Shown: positions 1 through 13,884, counted from the first letter of the stretch. The stretch: DNA of 64,000 bases from Eledone cirrhosa (GCA_964016885.1 OZ024743.1:204042001-204106000), one strand, 5' to 3'. Numbers and translations: made by a program. Notes: generated by a model from the letters alone, not told the origin.

Positions 1-853
1 TTCATGAAAAATCCCTTCATAGTACATTCTTTGAGAAAACTGAATTCAGAGATCCACAGACATGGAACTGGTTGAAAAGAGGAGACCTTAAAAAGGCTAC
101 AGAAGGAATGCTAATGGCTGCGCAAGAGCAGGCCCTCAAAACGAAGTGGTTGAAACACCATATTTACAAGGAGGAGGCTAGCCCACTGTGCAGGATCTGT
201 GGAGAGAGAGAGGAGACTGTGGCTCACATTTTATCCGAGTGTAAACACCTAGCCCAGACTCACTATAAGGGCTGGAGACATTATGTGATGGGCAGGGTGA
301 TCCACTGGCACCTATGCAAAGTAAACAATTTACCACATTCTGAGAAGTGGTATGAGCATAAGCCAGAGTCGGTGATAGAAAACGATCAGGTGAAGGTGCT
401 GTGGGATTTTAGGATACAGACGGACAAGAAACTGGAACACAATAGACCTGACCTGGTGGTTTTGGACAAGGAAAAAAGATCGTGCCTGATTGTGGATGTG
501 GCCTGCCCATTCGACACGAGAGTGCAAGAGAAGGAGAGGGAGAAAATTAACCGATACCAGGACTTAAAGTGGGAGGTAAAAAGGATTTGGAACTGCCATG
601 AAGTCAAAGTCGTCCCGATTGTCATAGGCGCACTAGGTACTATCTCAAAAAGTTTCCAGGGATGGTTAAAGAAAATTGGCCCCGCCACGCTTTTTGGAAC
701 GCTTCAAAAGGAATGCTTGCTGGGAACAGCAAGAACCCTCCGATACGTCCTGAATATCTGAGGCTGCAGGTAGTGGCTTGATATTCATTTCAACAAACTT
801 TCCAGTTAACTAACATCAATGACTGAGACTCAAAGAACAATAATAATAATAAT
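1..853 (+). mobile_element. R4/Dong-clade non-LTR retrotransposon, 3' part (CCHC zinc knuckle + RLE endonuclease, 3' UTR, TAA tail)
   Basis: ORF 72-761: CRICGEREETVAHILSEC, RHY, LWDFRIQTD, NRPDLVV..IVDVACP..EK..RY, PIVIGALG; followed by a short UTR and (TAA)n at about 839-853. Confidence 0.9.
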
Positions 854-897
854 TGTTTCTACTTTAGACACAAGGTCAGCAATTACCCAGTACATTT

Positions 898-900
<3 letters not shown>

Positions 901-957
<57 letters not shown>

Positions 958-978
958 AAGAAGAAGAAGGGAAGAAGA
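901..978. repeat. (AAT)n followed by (GAA)n microsatellite
   Basis: Direct reading. Confidence 0.95.
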
Positions 979-1944
979 CGCACGAGGTGGTAGAAGGTCA
1001 TGAAATCGCTCCCGTAAATTTTTGATTTTTAACATATTTAAATCAATTGTGAAATAACAATTCTTAGTACAAATGTTGCATAAACCAGCGAATCAGGTCC
1101 CATAAAGTTTCGGATCCATATTATATTGTTGTATCGCTCAAATATTCAATTTTGTATTATATATTTTGTATTCATAAAAAGAAAATGGTTATAAATGGGA
1201 AAAAAACACCCTCTGTCTACACTATATAGAACAGCCAAATACCAGCAATTTCACCAACACCAGAAACTTGATACACCACCTATCCCATCACACTAAATAT
1301 AACAGCCAGATGACGGCAATTTCGCCAGCATCATAATAATAATTACTATTATTATTGTCTCAAATTTTAAAAAAATGTTTAATTCCAATTTTACGGGAAT
1401 ATGTCAACACAAAATATAATAAAAATATATATTAAACATACGAACACAAACTCATAGATACTAAATATCAGTAACCACAACGCCACCACTGCCACCACCC
1501 CACCCCATCCATCATTGCTACCACTATCCCATCGTCACCGCCACCACTCCTTCAATGCTACCACCACTATTCCCCTGTTAACTTGAGAGAGAAAGGGGAA
1601 GGTGGCGGTATCACTAGACAAGCGAGAGGCTAGCAAAAGATATAAATAGATTGACTTAGTGACCTGGCCACCGGTCAAACGTCAACATCAACAACTATGG
1701 GACTGCTGGCTCACCCCTTCCTCACCAACAATATAAAAAGCCCCGGCACCACCACCGACATAGCCAACAACAATAACAGCCAACTACAACAAAAAGTATA
1801 TTATATAAATGTAATGCACTGGGTGATTGCTGGCCTTGTGCCTGGAGTGGAGGCAATTATTAATAATTTCATTCTTAAGCCACGCAATGCTCACATTAAG
1901 GAACCACTCATGATAATAACAATTTAAAAAAACAACAAAAAGAA

Positions 1945-4900
1945 AACCCCGTGACCAAGAAATACCGGAATGGCGGCCGGCGGGGAATAGCCGTGTCTCT
2001 AGGGGAGAACGACCCCTCTAGTCTTGGTTGACACTCGTTCTAGAAGTGGTAACACGAAATGATTACCCCTTGGCGGATAAGGATAAAACGCGACAAAATA
2101 ATGTAAATGTCTAATGATAAAATCTCATACCGGATCGGCCGTCACCCGGGTAAAAAAGGGCCGCGTCCCTCAGAGAGGAACCAGACTGGGGTCGAAAAAT
2201 CAGCTAATGGTTCAAACCTTCCCATCACTTCGGAGCTGGAGACCTCCCATAACCGGAATACTCCTACTGTTGGCCCTCCATGCTCACCACCAAGAAATCC
2301 AAAGAAAAAGAGAGAAAAATGGTCAAGCGAAGATAATAAAGAAGTCCTTGAGGCTTTCTACACTGCCATGTACTACCCATCAAATACATCGAATACAGAA
2401 CAGACATATATCAACTGGAAAAAGAAACATCCCGAAAACAGAGGCTATATTGACAGTAACAAACTAGCCAATATACGAAGAAATATTGTAAGAAAAAAGT
2501 TACTAACTGATATAGAAATTGATCAGATCAAGCTATTAGCACAAAGTCAGCGAAGGGAAAATGAAACATGTGTCAGTGAAAACGAGGTAAACTGTAACAC
2601 TTCGAACCCCAGGGTTGGGGCGGAATCACTGGCAACAGAACAAATTAAAGAAAGGATCGAAAAAGTGGAGGGAGTGCATGCTCAGGATGAAACTCCAAAT
2701 GAAAATAATGAGATCGTAAATGATAAAGAAATGAATGAGAATGAACTTGCCAACTTGAAGGATGAAATTATGATCGAATGGATGAAAATGAAAGAATCTG
2801 ACATGGGGAAATGAGACACCCTCCCTAAGATCCAGAACTCCAAACAGAACCAAAAGATAATACACAAGACTAACATAATTCTCAAAAACATTATCATCAC
2901 AAACAAACTAAACATTACTGATTTAAATCATCTCTATTATGCATCGGCTAAAGTCACCACTCACTTATGTGGAGTGAAGATGAAAAAACAAAGGAATTCC
3001 CACAAGAAATCTACTTGGCAAGAGAACATCAATCGCCAAATAAACCTTCTCCGATCTGACATAGAAATTTTAACAAACTATAAAGTAGGTGAACATGTTA
3101 AACAAACTAAACTTAGAAAATTGAAAAAAAAGTACAGTATAAAATCAACATGTGACATAGACATGCTGATAGAAATAATCAAGCAAAAAGTGTCGGCCAA
3201 AGCTGCTCGTATAAGGCGCTTTGAAAAACGATCTAGATTCTATAAGGACAATAATATGTTCAAAAATAACCAAAGAAACTTCTACAGAAAAATTGGTAAG
3301 TCAACAATAACTGCTAAATCAATACCACCCAAGGAGGAAGTGCAAGAATTCTGGGAAAAGATCTGGGTCGAAGAAAAAGCTCATAACATACATGCCCCAT
3401 GGATAGACAGACAAATGAAAGATACAGCTCACCTTGAGGAACAAACATGGGAAAATATAACAGTTGAACAGTTGCGCTTGGCTCTAAGAAAAACCAGCAA
3501 ATGGAAATCCCCAGGAAAAGACAAAATACAAAACTTTTGGATAAATGCCTTCACAGAGTCTCATGAGCTGTTAGCCCAACTTTACAATGAAATAGTTAAG
3601 GAGCCAGAAAAGATACCATCATGGCTAGTTAACGGCATTACATTCCTGCTTCCGAAGAATGATGAGACAAACAATCCCCAAAATTACAGACCGATAACTT
3701 GCTTGACCACAATGTATAAAATTTTAACATCAGTCCTAACTGAATACACATATGACCACCTGATAACAAATGACCTATTTCCCATTGAGCAGAAAGGGTG
3801 TAAACGAGGCTCATATGGCTGTAAGGATCAGCTTCTGGTTAACAAAATGATACTGGAAGATTGTCATAATAGACACAAAAATCTATCGATTGCTTGGATA
3901 GATTATAAAAAAGCATTCGATGGTTTGCCACACAGTTGGATTGAAAAATGTTTAGAGATTTTCAAAATATCCCCCGTTGTCAGGAGGTTTTTGTCATTCA
4001 GTATGAAGACATGGAAAACGACACTCCTTTTGAATAGTGAAACAAATCACCGGAAGCTGGAGAAGTTAATATTAATTGTGGAATTTTTCAGGGTGACTCT
4101 TTATCACCGCTTTTATTCTGCATCGCACTTATACCATTAAGTAAAATGCTCAATGAAACAAAACATGGATATAAAGTCTATGACAAAACCATTAATCACC
4201 TGTTCTACATGGATGACCTGAAACTATTTGCAAAAAATGATGAACAATTGCAAGGGCTATTATCCACTGTGAAGCAGTTCAGTGATGACATTAAAATGGA
4301 GTTTGGACTAGATAAATGCGCCAAAGCGTTCACCAGAGGAAAGCTGCTGAAGAGTTCAGACATTAATCTTGATCGGGGGAACGTGATAAGAGAACTTGAT
4401 CAAGAAAAAACTTACAAATATCTAGGTGTTTGTGAAGGAGACGGAATCAAGCACTCGACAATGAGGGAAAGGATAAGGAAGGAATGTTACCGCAGAGTAA
4501 GAGCAATCTTAAGAACGGAATTGAATGCAAGGAATAGGATCGATGCCATAAACACGCTTGCCATACCAGTAGTAACCTACAGTTACAATGTCATCAACTG
4601 GTCAAGCACAGAGATCCGTAGGCTCGATACAAAAATTCGAAAATTCTTAACCATGCACAGAATGCATCACCCTAAGGCAGATATAGATAGAATATATCTC
4701 CCTAGGAAAGAAGGAGGACGTGGGTTAATCCAGTTAGACATTGCGTTGAAAACTGCAACAATTGGATTATCTACATATCTAAGGGAATCACATGATTGGA
4801 TGATCAAACTCGTTTTGAAACACGAAAGCATCAAAAGATCATATTCCATTACAAAAGATGCACAAAAATACAGTAATGGACTACAAATTTCAGAAGTCCC

Positions 4901-5881
4901 ATTTACTGCTGAAATGGAAAACACAGAAAAAGCAAAGCAGGTAAAAGTAACTGCAAAGAAAGAACTGCTACAGAAACTGGCTAAGAAATGGCAAGAAAAG
5001 CCTCTGTATGGAAAATACCCAGAGCGAGCTAACAATCCTGATGTTGACAAAACTTTAACCCATCAGTGGTTGGCATCCTCTGGACTGAAATCGGAGACTG
5101 AAGGACAAGATCAGTGTCTGCCAACAAAAAATTACCAAGCCAACATAATAAAAAATGGGTGCAGCCCATTATGCCGTGTATGCAAAAAACAACCAGAGAC
5201 CATTGACCATATAATTTCAATGTGCAGTCCTATAGCTCCAACCGAATACCTAAACAGGCATGACAGAGCTGCACAATACATACATTGGATAATGTGTAAG
5301 CATTTTGACCTGCCCCATCAAAAGAATTGGTGGGAGCATCAACCACCACCCATACTTGAAAAAGATCACATCTCAATCTTGTGGAACTTTAGCATCCAGA
5401 CAGACCGAAATATAGATGCAAATAGACCTGATATAATATTGAAGGACTTTCAAAAGAGGGTATGCCTGCTAATTGATATGTCTGTTCCAATAGACAAGAA
5501 TGTATCTATAAAAACATTTGAAAAATTGAGCAAGTATAAGGACCTGGAGATAGAAATTGGAAAAATGTGGAAATTGAGAACTAAAACAATACCAGTGGTT
5601 GTAGGCGCTCTGGGAATGATACCTAAGGGGTCTAATGACTACTTATCGCAAATCCCAGGAAACCCGCGTATAGGAGAAATACAAAAGATAGTACTAATGG
5701 GAACTGCCCATATACTAAGGAAGATTCTGTCAATATAAGTACATCACAAGTCTAAACACTAAAGATGCATGTGTGAATATGTATGTTCTTTCTTGAACAT
5801 GGCGGACCTTGTTGTCTCTTGAGGTCACTGGTTGTGACTTGGTGATAACTCGTATGAACATAAAGCAAGATAAATGCAACT

Positions 5882-5916
<35 letters not shown>
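1945..5916 (+). mobile_element. Near full-length R4/Dong-clade LINE (Myb-like N-terminus, RT, CCHC, RLE), inactivated by a stop at 2812-2814 and a frameshift near 4060
   Basis: ORFs 2107-2814, 2974-4140 and 4146-5738 join into one protein: REKWSSED..L.AFY, WKSPGKDKI, NYRPITCL, WIDYKKAFD, GIFQGDSLSP (shifted frame), HLFYMDDLKL, GGRGL, CRVC..H..C, NRPDI. Ends in (TAA)n at 5883-5916. The 5' boundary is approximate. Confidence 0.92.
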
Positions 5917-5917
<1 letters not shown>

Positions 5918-8900
5918 CTTTCTTTATTAACCACAAGGGTTTACATAAAGTAGACATTAAGGATATTACAGGACAATACAGGACGGTTCAAATGGGCATT
6001 TCTGCGTGTAAAAAAAAACAGGTGATGTAATAAAAAAATTAACAATAAAAAATTCCCCAATAGGGGGGAGACTTCCGAGGGACATTTGTGGAGAAAGCCC
6101 ATTAAAAGGCGACAGTGACACTGACCACCAGGGCAGGTGCCCTCTCCCAGTTTTCCACCTTTAATTTACAGACACATACTCAGAATAGGCCCATTCACTC
6201 GGGCCATACTTGCTTCTCTCACCCATCTTTCAACAAAATGCTGGGAAGAGAGCACTTCCCCCTCTACCCTGATTTTCCTTTTCAAATGAAATTTGAAAAA
6301 GTTAATCAGGGCATCACAGAAGTGGTATGTGCACGTCTTCAGCCCTTTCAAACGTGTCCACCATACTATCTCTTTCGCCATGGCCACCAGACAGATAAAA
6401 ACTTCCTGCCCTTCAGGGCTAAAGGAAGAGGGCGGGGTAATACTCACGATGGACTCAGCTGATAGCTGGATCCGTCCTACACGTGACAGCAGGTGTTCGA
6501 CATAAACCCACAAGTCAGCAATGCTCGGACACTGGACGAGTGCGTGCAGGACCGTTTCGTCGCCCTGCGCGTACCTCGGACATTCCCGGCTGACGGCACC
6601 TCCATGCCTGTAGAGTTTAGCCGAACTGGCAAAGGTCCTCGGTAGCAGTGCCAGGCCAGGGATTTCTGGAAGTTGTCCATAGGCCCCGGCCCGAAAGTCC
6701 TTCCGAAGAGATTTTCGTCGACGCCTAGAGTTTCTCCAAGTGCATCGTCGCTCTTCCCCTCCACTAATCCTCTATAGAACGCCAAGGTGGAGTGTCCACC
6801 GATCACATTGTCCGATTGGTCGAGGGCTGTGAGCGCCTGAAGACATTCCAGTCTCCAGCGCTCCCTCTCGGCATCGCTTGACCCAGGACTGCAGCTCTGT
6901 CAAGGAGACGAGCTGGGGAAAAACGTGTCTAGCAAACGGCGACCACACCTGATCACCGTCGAGGAAGAGGTGGAGATATCGTAGCCTGAGCGCGTGTCTG
7001 CGCATCATCATCCACGGCATGCCCAGCCCTCCACGTAGCGCGTGTTGACAGCAGATGGACCGCCTGACCATCGGAGCGCGTCCCTTCCATAAAAAGCGAA
7101 AGAGCAAACGCTCCAGCGCAGTCAGGCGGGGCTTAGGACAAGGTACGACGGTCAGGCGGTAGTAGATGACGGACGCGATGTACGCGTTAGCCACCTCCGC
7201 TCGACCTTTCAGGGATAGCTTCATCTCGGCCCATTTCTGGGTGAGAGAAGCCACCCTGCTCGTCACCTCGTCCCAGTTTTTGTCCGTATGGAGGTCCGGA
7301 CCGAACCAGACCCCTAGAAATTTAACCGGTCCGTCCGTCCAGCGTCCGACGACGCTGTTGGACGGCATGGACCTGCCTCTCCAGGTGCCGAGCTGCAGGC
7401 CCACTGACTTTTCCTGGTTGATCATTGCTCCTGTCACCGCTTCGTATTCTCTTAGTGTAGTGCCGGTCGCCTCGATGTGTTTGGCGTTCGACACCACTAC
7501 GGTGACATCGCCCGCATATGCTGACACGGATATTCCGCATCCTAGTTCGCGCGGGACACCCCTCAACGTTTCCAGTTTGTGCAGTAATGGCTCGAGAGTC
7601 AATATGTACAAGAGGGACGAGAGGGGACATCCTTGGCGGACCGAGCGCATGATGTTAAACGGTTCCGAAAGGTGACCGTTCACTCTCACCACAGAGCAGA
7701 TGTCGCTGTGTATGGCAGCGATCCAGCCTCTGAAGACGGGCCCCAAGCCAGCCGCCCTCAGGACTGCCGCTAGGTAACGATGGTCGACCCTATCGAAAGC
7801 TTTCGACTGATCTAAATTGATCAAGGCCCCACCCGTGCCAGGTTCCCTAGCTACCCTCTCTACGATGTATCGCATGAGGTGGAGGTTGTCGTGAATGGAT
7901 CTGTCGGGATTGGCGCACGTCTGCGCCTCTCCCACCAGACCACCAACGACAAGCGCCAACGTTTTTGCTAGCACCTTGGCAAAAATCTTGAACTCTGTGT
8001 TTAGCAGAATTATGGGCCTGAAATCATCTATGCTATCCCCCTTGTTCGGATCCTTGCTCTCAGCAGCCCCACAGCTGCTCGGCTCACAGAGCTGGGAATT
8101 CTCCCGTTCTGTTGCCAGTTGCAGTAGACGTCCGCCAAGAGGCCTCGGAACAAGTCTGGCATCTGTACGTAAAGTTCATAGGGCAGACCATCCAAACCAG
8201 GTGATTTACCCCTTGTGCAGCCAGTCATTGCCTCCCGTACTTCAGCGGCTGTTATCGGCTTTTCGCAACACTCTCCCTCAGTGGCCGAGAGCGGCGGCAG
8301 TCCATCGAGGTAGACACTAAAGTCCATCCCTCGACCCGGCCTGCCGCTGCCCCCCGAATAACTGTGCGAAGTGTCGCTGAAAAGCTTCACACATTTGCCC
8401 GGGATCGTGGATTTGTTGCTACGACGCGCCTCCTGCAGTCGGGCCCACAAACGGCTTTCATCCCCTCGTGTCTGAGAGCACGCACCCTAGCTCTGACAAC
8501 GCAGCCTTCGTGCTTTGCATTGAAGAATTTGTCTAGAGCCAATTTCACCGCAAGTACGTCGGTCGCGATGCCTTTGCTAGTAGCCGGGTTCTCGTATATC
8601 AAGCCTATCTAAGTCAAGCACACAGATCACGAATTTGTGGTCCGTGTAGCTGACTATCTTGAATTGTGGACAGCCTATGCTAGACCTATCTATTTCCCTA
8701 CAAAATACTCTATCTATATATGATCTGGATGACCCTATGCGATTTGTCCAAGTCCACATTGGCACATTCGGGAAATCCAATCGGTACCTGTCAGACAGTT
8801 CAAAACACCTGAGCAGGTTGGTGAGGCTCTTGCACCCTCCTCCCCTATCCGCTAATCCCACACAGTCCCAGCGTGCATCTAAGATCCCGTTCCAGTCACC

Positions 8901-10867
8901 CACTAACACTAAAGAGCAGGACGTTCCAAGAAAGTTCTCCAGGCGCCGCAAGAAATCAGGCCGCCCTGCTCCTGTCGGGGCATAGACGACCACTAGCCTG
9001 AAAGCTTGCCCGTCTCCGCTGGTCACGTCTAGCACCACCAACTTACCTCCGTGCTTCGGAGATTCTGGTCTCGCTAATGGCCACTACATCTATGTTTAGT
9101 GACCTGAGGTCGTTGAGCAGGTGGCCCTGCATCCATGACGACCCCAAGCCACGCGCATTTATGCTGCCTATTCTGAGTGAGGTCATGTTGAAATGGAGTG
9201 GAAAAGATGGGAAAGACCCTTACCTTACTTGTCGTAGAGGAAGGATGGTTTCTCCATCGCTTTTCACTTCATCGTCTGGTGAAGGGACCGTTGAATCGTC
9301 CCTTCGGCTCTGTCGTCGGCTCTTTTGTGAGTATATCTGAATATACTCTACGGTTGAGTGTCCCTCCTAGGTCTCTGAAATCACCAACTGCGTTGGGGAA
9401 TTTCGTTTTAATGTCAGAGTATTGTTTCTGTGCTATTCTTACCAGTCTTATGTTCGTTGGTGTTTTGATTGGTGCTGGTATTATGTAGTCGTGCTGTGAA
9501 ATGTCTGTGTGTTCAATTATGTAAGTCATTAGTTTCTTGTTGTGTGTGTTTTGTTGTTGTGTTTGCGATGTTGGTGCTTGTGGTGGTGGTGTTGAAGGTG
9601 TTGTTGTTGTTGCTTGCGGTGGGGTTGCCGCCGGCGGTGATGGTGGTGCTAGTGTGGGTGGTGATGGTGTTGATGGTGTTGCTGCTGTAAGTCTCTTTGC
9701 AGTAGCCTTTACCCTTTTTTCATTTCTTTCCTCCCTTTTCGAAGGCGACGATGCGCTGCTTCTGCGTTTGAGCCTTCTTGCGACCTGTTGCCATTCCTCT
9801 CCCACCTCACACTCCATGTCCGATTCTGTGAGGTCGGGGAGGGATACCAGCTCCAATCTTTCACTTGTTGTTGTTGGTGATGTTTGCAGTGGAGTCTCTG
9901 TTCCAGCTGCAGTTGGTATTACTGTTGTTGTTGTTAATACTTCCACTGCTGCTGCTGTTCTTGATTTCCGTAGCGTGGGTATGGGTGCCACGGACTTATC
10001 CTTCTTGGTTGCCGCCTGTCCTGTTGCTGATAGCAGTGGAGCCGGTTTCGTAAGGAGGGGGGTTTTCTCCTTTCTCAGGGTCGTCTCATTGCAGAAGGAC
10101 CTGAAGTGAGTCTTCGATCCACAGCGAAAGCATTTCGGGCGTTTGCCCTCAACACTTAAGGGCAGTTGACTGCTGTTATCGAAGTCTATCACATCCGGGA
10201 TAGCTTCGATGCACTCCTGGTTGGTTTGGATTAACATCTCAATGGAGGTGCCAACCCAATCTTCTCGTACTTTTTTCTGTACTTGCAGTACAGTTGTTTT
10301 GTCCTCGATTTCGACGAGGACAGTCGCGGCCAGCCAAGAAGGGGCCATCCCGGGGGTCGTGGGTCAGTTTGACCCTCACAATTTTTTGCCCGCACCAACA
10401 CCAATACCATTTCCTCGTTCCTTGGGGTCACTAAGGATTGAGCCTTTGTCTCCTGAGGTGTGGCAAAAAGCACGTCCACGGTAGCATATTTCTTGCCTCG
10501 GGTGATATGCGTTTTCCGCTGCCACACAGACCCTAATCCTTTTTGTATTTGAGCCTCTGTGGCTCTTTCAACCCTACGGGATTTTGTGCTTACTGTACGG
10601 TACGTGACCGTATAGTGCTGTTGGGTTTCGAAAAATGTTTCGGCTGCCTTGCAGATTGCTCGGTGTCCGGTTTTCGTCACCATCTTCTTTGCTTCCTGTA
10701 ATTCCTCATTTGTTATAGGGATGGTTTCCAGGTTCTTTGCGATACCTGCAAACGAGATTGGTTTTTCTTTCTTGTTGTTGTTGTTGCGTCAGAGCTGCTG
10801 TTACTTTTGTTGTTGCTGCTGGTACTACGACCGCCGCCGCCGCTGTTGCCGTGGTTGTTGTTGTTGT

Positions 10868-10916
<49 letters not shown>

Positions 10917-11521
10917 TGTCGTTGTTTATGCTGCTGCTGATGTTGTTGCGGCTGCTACTAGTGTTTTCTTGTCACTGTTGCTGTTGCTGCTGCTGTTATT
11001 ACGGCTGCTACTGCTATTCTTCATGATGTCAGACGGATGAAATGGCTTTGCGTATTTACCGCACATATTTTCCGTCGTTGTCGTCGTCGTGGAGGAATGT
11101 TCCACGGTATGCACGTTCTCTTGGTGAAAGCTACCAGAAACTATATTTTTTCTTTTTCTTTAATGGCGTCGCTTGCGAAAGAGGCGACATCACATTTAGA
11201 GAAGGGAGGGAGAGAGACAATCTTCTCTCTCATGTAATGACGATTGAGGAAGAAGAAGACGGAAAGAGAGGGAGTGACTTGTGAAAATTCTTTTTTGTAG
11301 CCATGTTGTTTTTTACGGTTTAAAAGGAATATTTGACACAAAACCCCAATAAGCGGTTATTTAACCCCTAAGGGCCAAATAAGGGGCAGAAAGACCCCTC
11401 TCGCGAGGAGGAGGGTGTTTTTATCTACAATTTAGTTCAAGTTTTAAACGATTTACAATTGTTATAGCGGTTAAAAATTACTATACCTTACAGAGCCGAG
11501 CCTCCGTCAACCATGGCATTC
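5917..11521 (-). mobile_element. L1/Tx1-clade LINE, structurally full-length but decayed (ORF1 about 11100-9269 with zinc knuckle; ORF2 9186-6166 APE-RT-CCHC)
   Basis: ORF1 has CFRCGSKTHFRSFC. ORF2 starts MTSLRIGSINARGL and contains DVVAISET, VYAP, GDWN, SYIDR, TDHK (APE), KSPGLDGLP, LDQSKAFDRVDH, VRQGCPLS, SAYAGD (RT; YADD mutated). Several frameshifts and internal deletions. The 3' end reads AATAAAGAAAGC-(ATT)n; (TAA)n flanks both ends. Confidence 0.9.
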
Positions 11522-11548
11522 AATAATAATAATAATAATAATAATAAT

Positions 11549-11870
11549 TTCTTTATTAGACACACAGGGTTCACATTAAGGAAACATTAAAGACGGTACT
11601 GGACAAGACAGTGCGGATTTTTTAATGTAAAATAAAATTTATAAGAGAGACTAAGAAAATAAACATTTAAAACAAACATAACAAATTCCCCAAATGTGAG
11701 AAGACTCCAAGAATCACTCGTGTAGAAATCCCATAAATGCCACGGTCACTCTGTCCGCTAGTTCAAGGTGCCCTCTTCCAGTTGTTCCCCAATCTATGCA
11801 CAAGGCAGGCCCATTCATACGGACCATGCTCGCCATTCTCACCCCCTTTCAACAAACTCGTTAACAATGG
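11549..11870 (-). mobile_element. 3' fragment of a second, diverged Tx1-like copy
   Basis: Matches 5917-6240 (ttctttatta..cac..gggtt.acat, aattccccaa, ggtgccctct.ccagtt, ggcccattca, tttcaacaaa) and abuts (TAA)n at 11522-11548. Confidence 0.8.
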
Positions 11871-12486
11871 AAGAAAAAATTAATTACATTGTTTCTGACT
11901 ATTCCATCTTCGTTGAAAAATAAGACATCCGCATAACAAGGTTGGGATTTACTGTCCAGCGACATTTATGCCACTATCATGAAATAACCACAGAAAATGG
12001 CTCACTGAATGACAAAATAACATCTTGTATAGAGATTATCTCTTATTCTATGAAACTCATTGTAGAAATTGTTTATGTGGTATGATAAATATATATATAC
12101 ATATACACCAGATCCAAACACAATGGAACCAAACTTCCACTGTCACTGCTTCCGTCTCTCCCCATATGATCTGGAATAGGTTAATATATACAAACAGGGA
12201 GATCAAAATTAATTGACCAATATTTTGTCAAAGACAAACAAGATATGAAATGCCTCCTAATCTATGTATTAGTCACAACAGTTGATAGTATATCATTCAA
12301 GAATATAAAGATCTGAAAATAAATATAAACTATATGTTGGATCTGGAATGCGAAACATTTCCAGAGAAAATAGCAATACTAGAGAAGTGCACAGAAATTA
12401 CGTAAAGGCCTTCAATATACTGGAATGAAGAACACCAAAATAGAACACTGCATCCACTCAATTCAGAAAGGGCTGCACTCAGTAAC

Positions 12487-12487
<1 letters not shown>

Positions 12488-12538
<51 letters not shown>

Positions 12539-12548
12539 CAGCAGTAGC

Positions 12549-12603
<55 letters not shown>

Positions 12604-12616
12604 ATAGTAGTAGTAG
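12488..12616. repeat. (TAG/CTA)n microsatellite, just downstream of the gene A stop codon
   Basis: Direct reading. Confidence 0.95.
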
Positions 12617-12686
12617 TTGGTAAGTTACTAATAATAAGCCTAGTTGTATTAAATATTTTAAGTGAGTGCAACTCAAAGTGTTTTCC

Positions 12687-13092
12687 TTAACCTATGGTAA
12701 AAAGAATGTTTAGAATTAATAAGCAAGAGATGTAGATATTTGAACCTGCTTTTGCACCGTCTGAGTCCGATTTGGGGGTTGTTGAATCTGCTTGATTGAT
12801 TGTTTCACTTTTGATAGTTTTTGTTTCATGGTAGTCATTGTTTGTGACATTCCCCACAGTTGAGCCTGCTTTTACACCCTCTGAGTCCGACATGTGGGTT
12901 GTTGAATCTGCTTGATTGATTGTTTCACTTTTGATAGTATTTGTTTCATTCTCCACAGATGGTAAATTGGAGGTGATTAATAGACACTTCTTCGGCAACT
13001 GTTCATAGTAATATTCACGAATTACTTTATTAAATTCATCTGAACAGTTCAGTGCCTTGTAAATGAACATGTCAATGAGATATTTCCATAAT
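12687..13092 (-). CDS. Gene A last coding exon: Cys-containing segment, duplicated Ser/Thr-rich stalk, GPI-signal-like hydrophobic C-terminus
   Basis: Acceptor ttatctttacag at 13093; phase 2 matches the exon ending at 33000. Encodes LWKYLIDMFIYKALNCSDEFNKVIREYYYEQLPKKC...SDGAKAGSNIYISCLLILNILFTIG*, which aligns with the exon at 51812-52007. Confidence 0.85.
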
Positions 13093-13505
13093 CTGTAAAG
13101 ATAAAAATTGAAACAAAACAACTTTCTTAGTTTACATAGAATTTTCAAGAGATAAATTACAGCAAATGAATTACACCAATATACATAGTAGAAATACAAC
13201 TTGATGTGAAAAAGGATTGAATATTTAATGTTTAAAACAGAATTGAATATTTACAAGAGGATTAAATACGTTACAATTAATACTCCCGGCTTTTTAAATA
13301 TGCCTTAACATTGAATATTGAGACATTTTATGACAAGACCATTAGAACTTACGGAATTATTCGGGAAATATAGTATATAAGATTCAAGACAGCAGTGGAT
13401 TGGCAGAGTCATTAGAACATCGAGAAAATGCGTGATAGCTCGGTACGTAAGCTTTATTCCATCGTTATGTTGTTCTGTTTTGTTTTCTGTTACAATTCTA
13501 GATTT

Positions 13506-13554
13506 CTGAAGAGGTCATAGCTGTTGCATAATGCTTATCACCGAAATATATATA
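13506..13554 (+). ncRNA. Hammerhead-like core lacking an obvious stem I (degenerate)
   Basis: CTGAAGA-ggt...acc-GAAA-TATAT-ATA. Confidence 0.45.
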
Positions 13555-13846
13555 ACAGCGACTATGCTTCCAGCAGAAACAAGGGGGACAATAGTCGATG
13601 CATTTCAGACTTAACTGGTCTTCTTCTGGACGATGCCTCCCACACTTGCGACTGCTGGAGTTGAAAACAGTCCAGAATATATAGTTTTCTCGTCTGTGTA
13701 AATGAGGGGATTAATCTCATTTGCATATGAAGCTGCATAAGTTGACTCAACTCAAAACAGAATAGAATTAGGATTTAGCTTCAGGCATATTTATATATAT
13801 ATATATATATGGGGGGGGTGGTATACATATATATATTTACATTTCT

Positions 13847-13884
<38 letters not shown>

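Noticed and set aside
10649-11040. Poly-Cys/Leu/Ala ORFs on the plus strand
   Set aside because: Antisense reading of CAG/CAA repeats in the Tx1 ORF1 N-terminal region.
12330-12676. Poly-Thr / poly-Leu ORFs
   Set aside because: Translations of the (CTA)n microsatellite downstream of the gene A stop.
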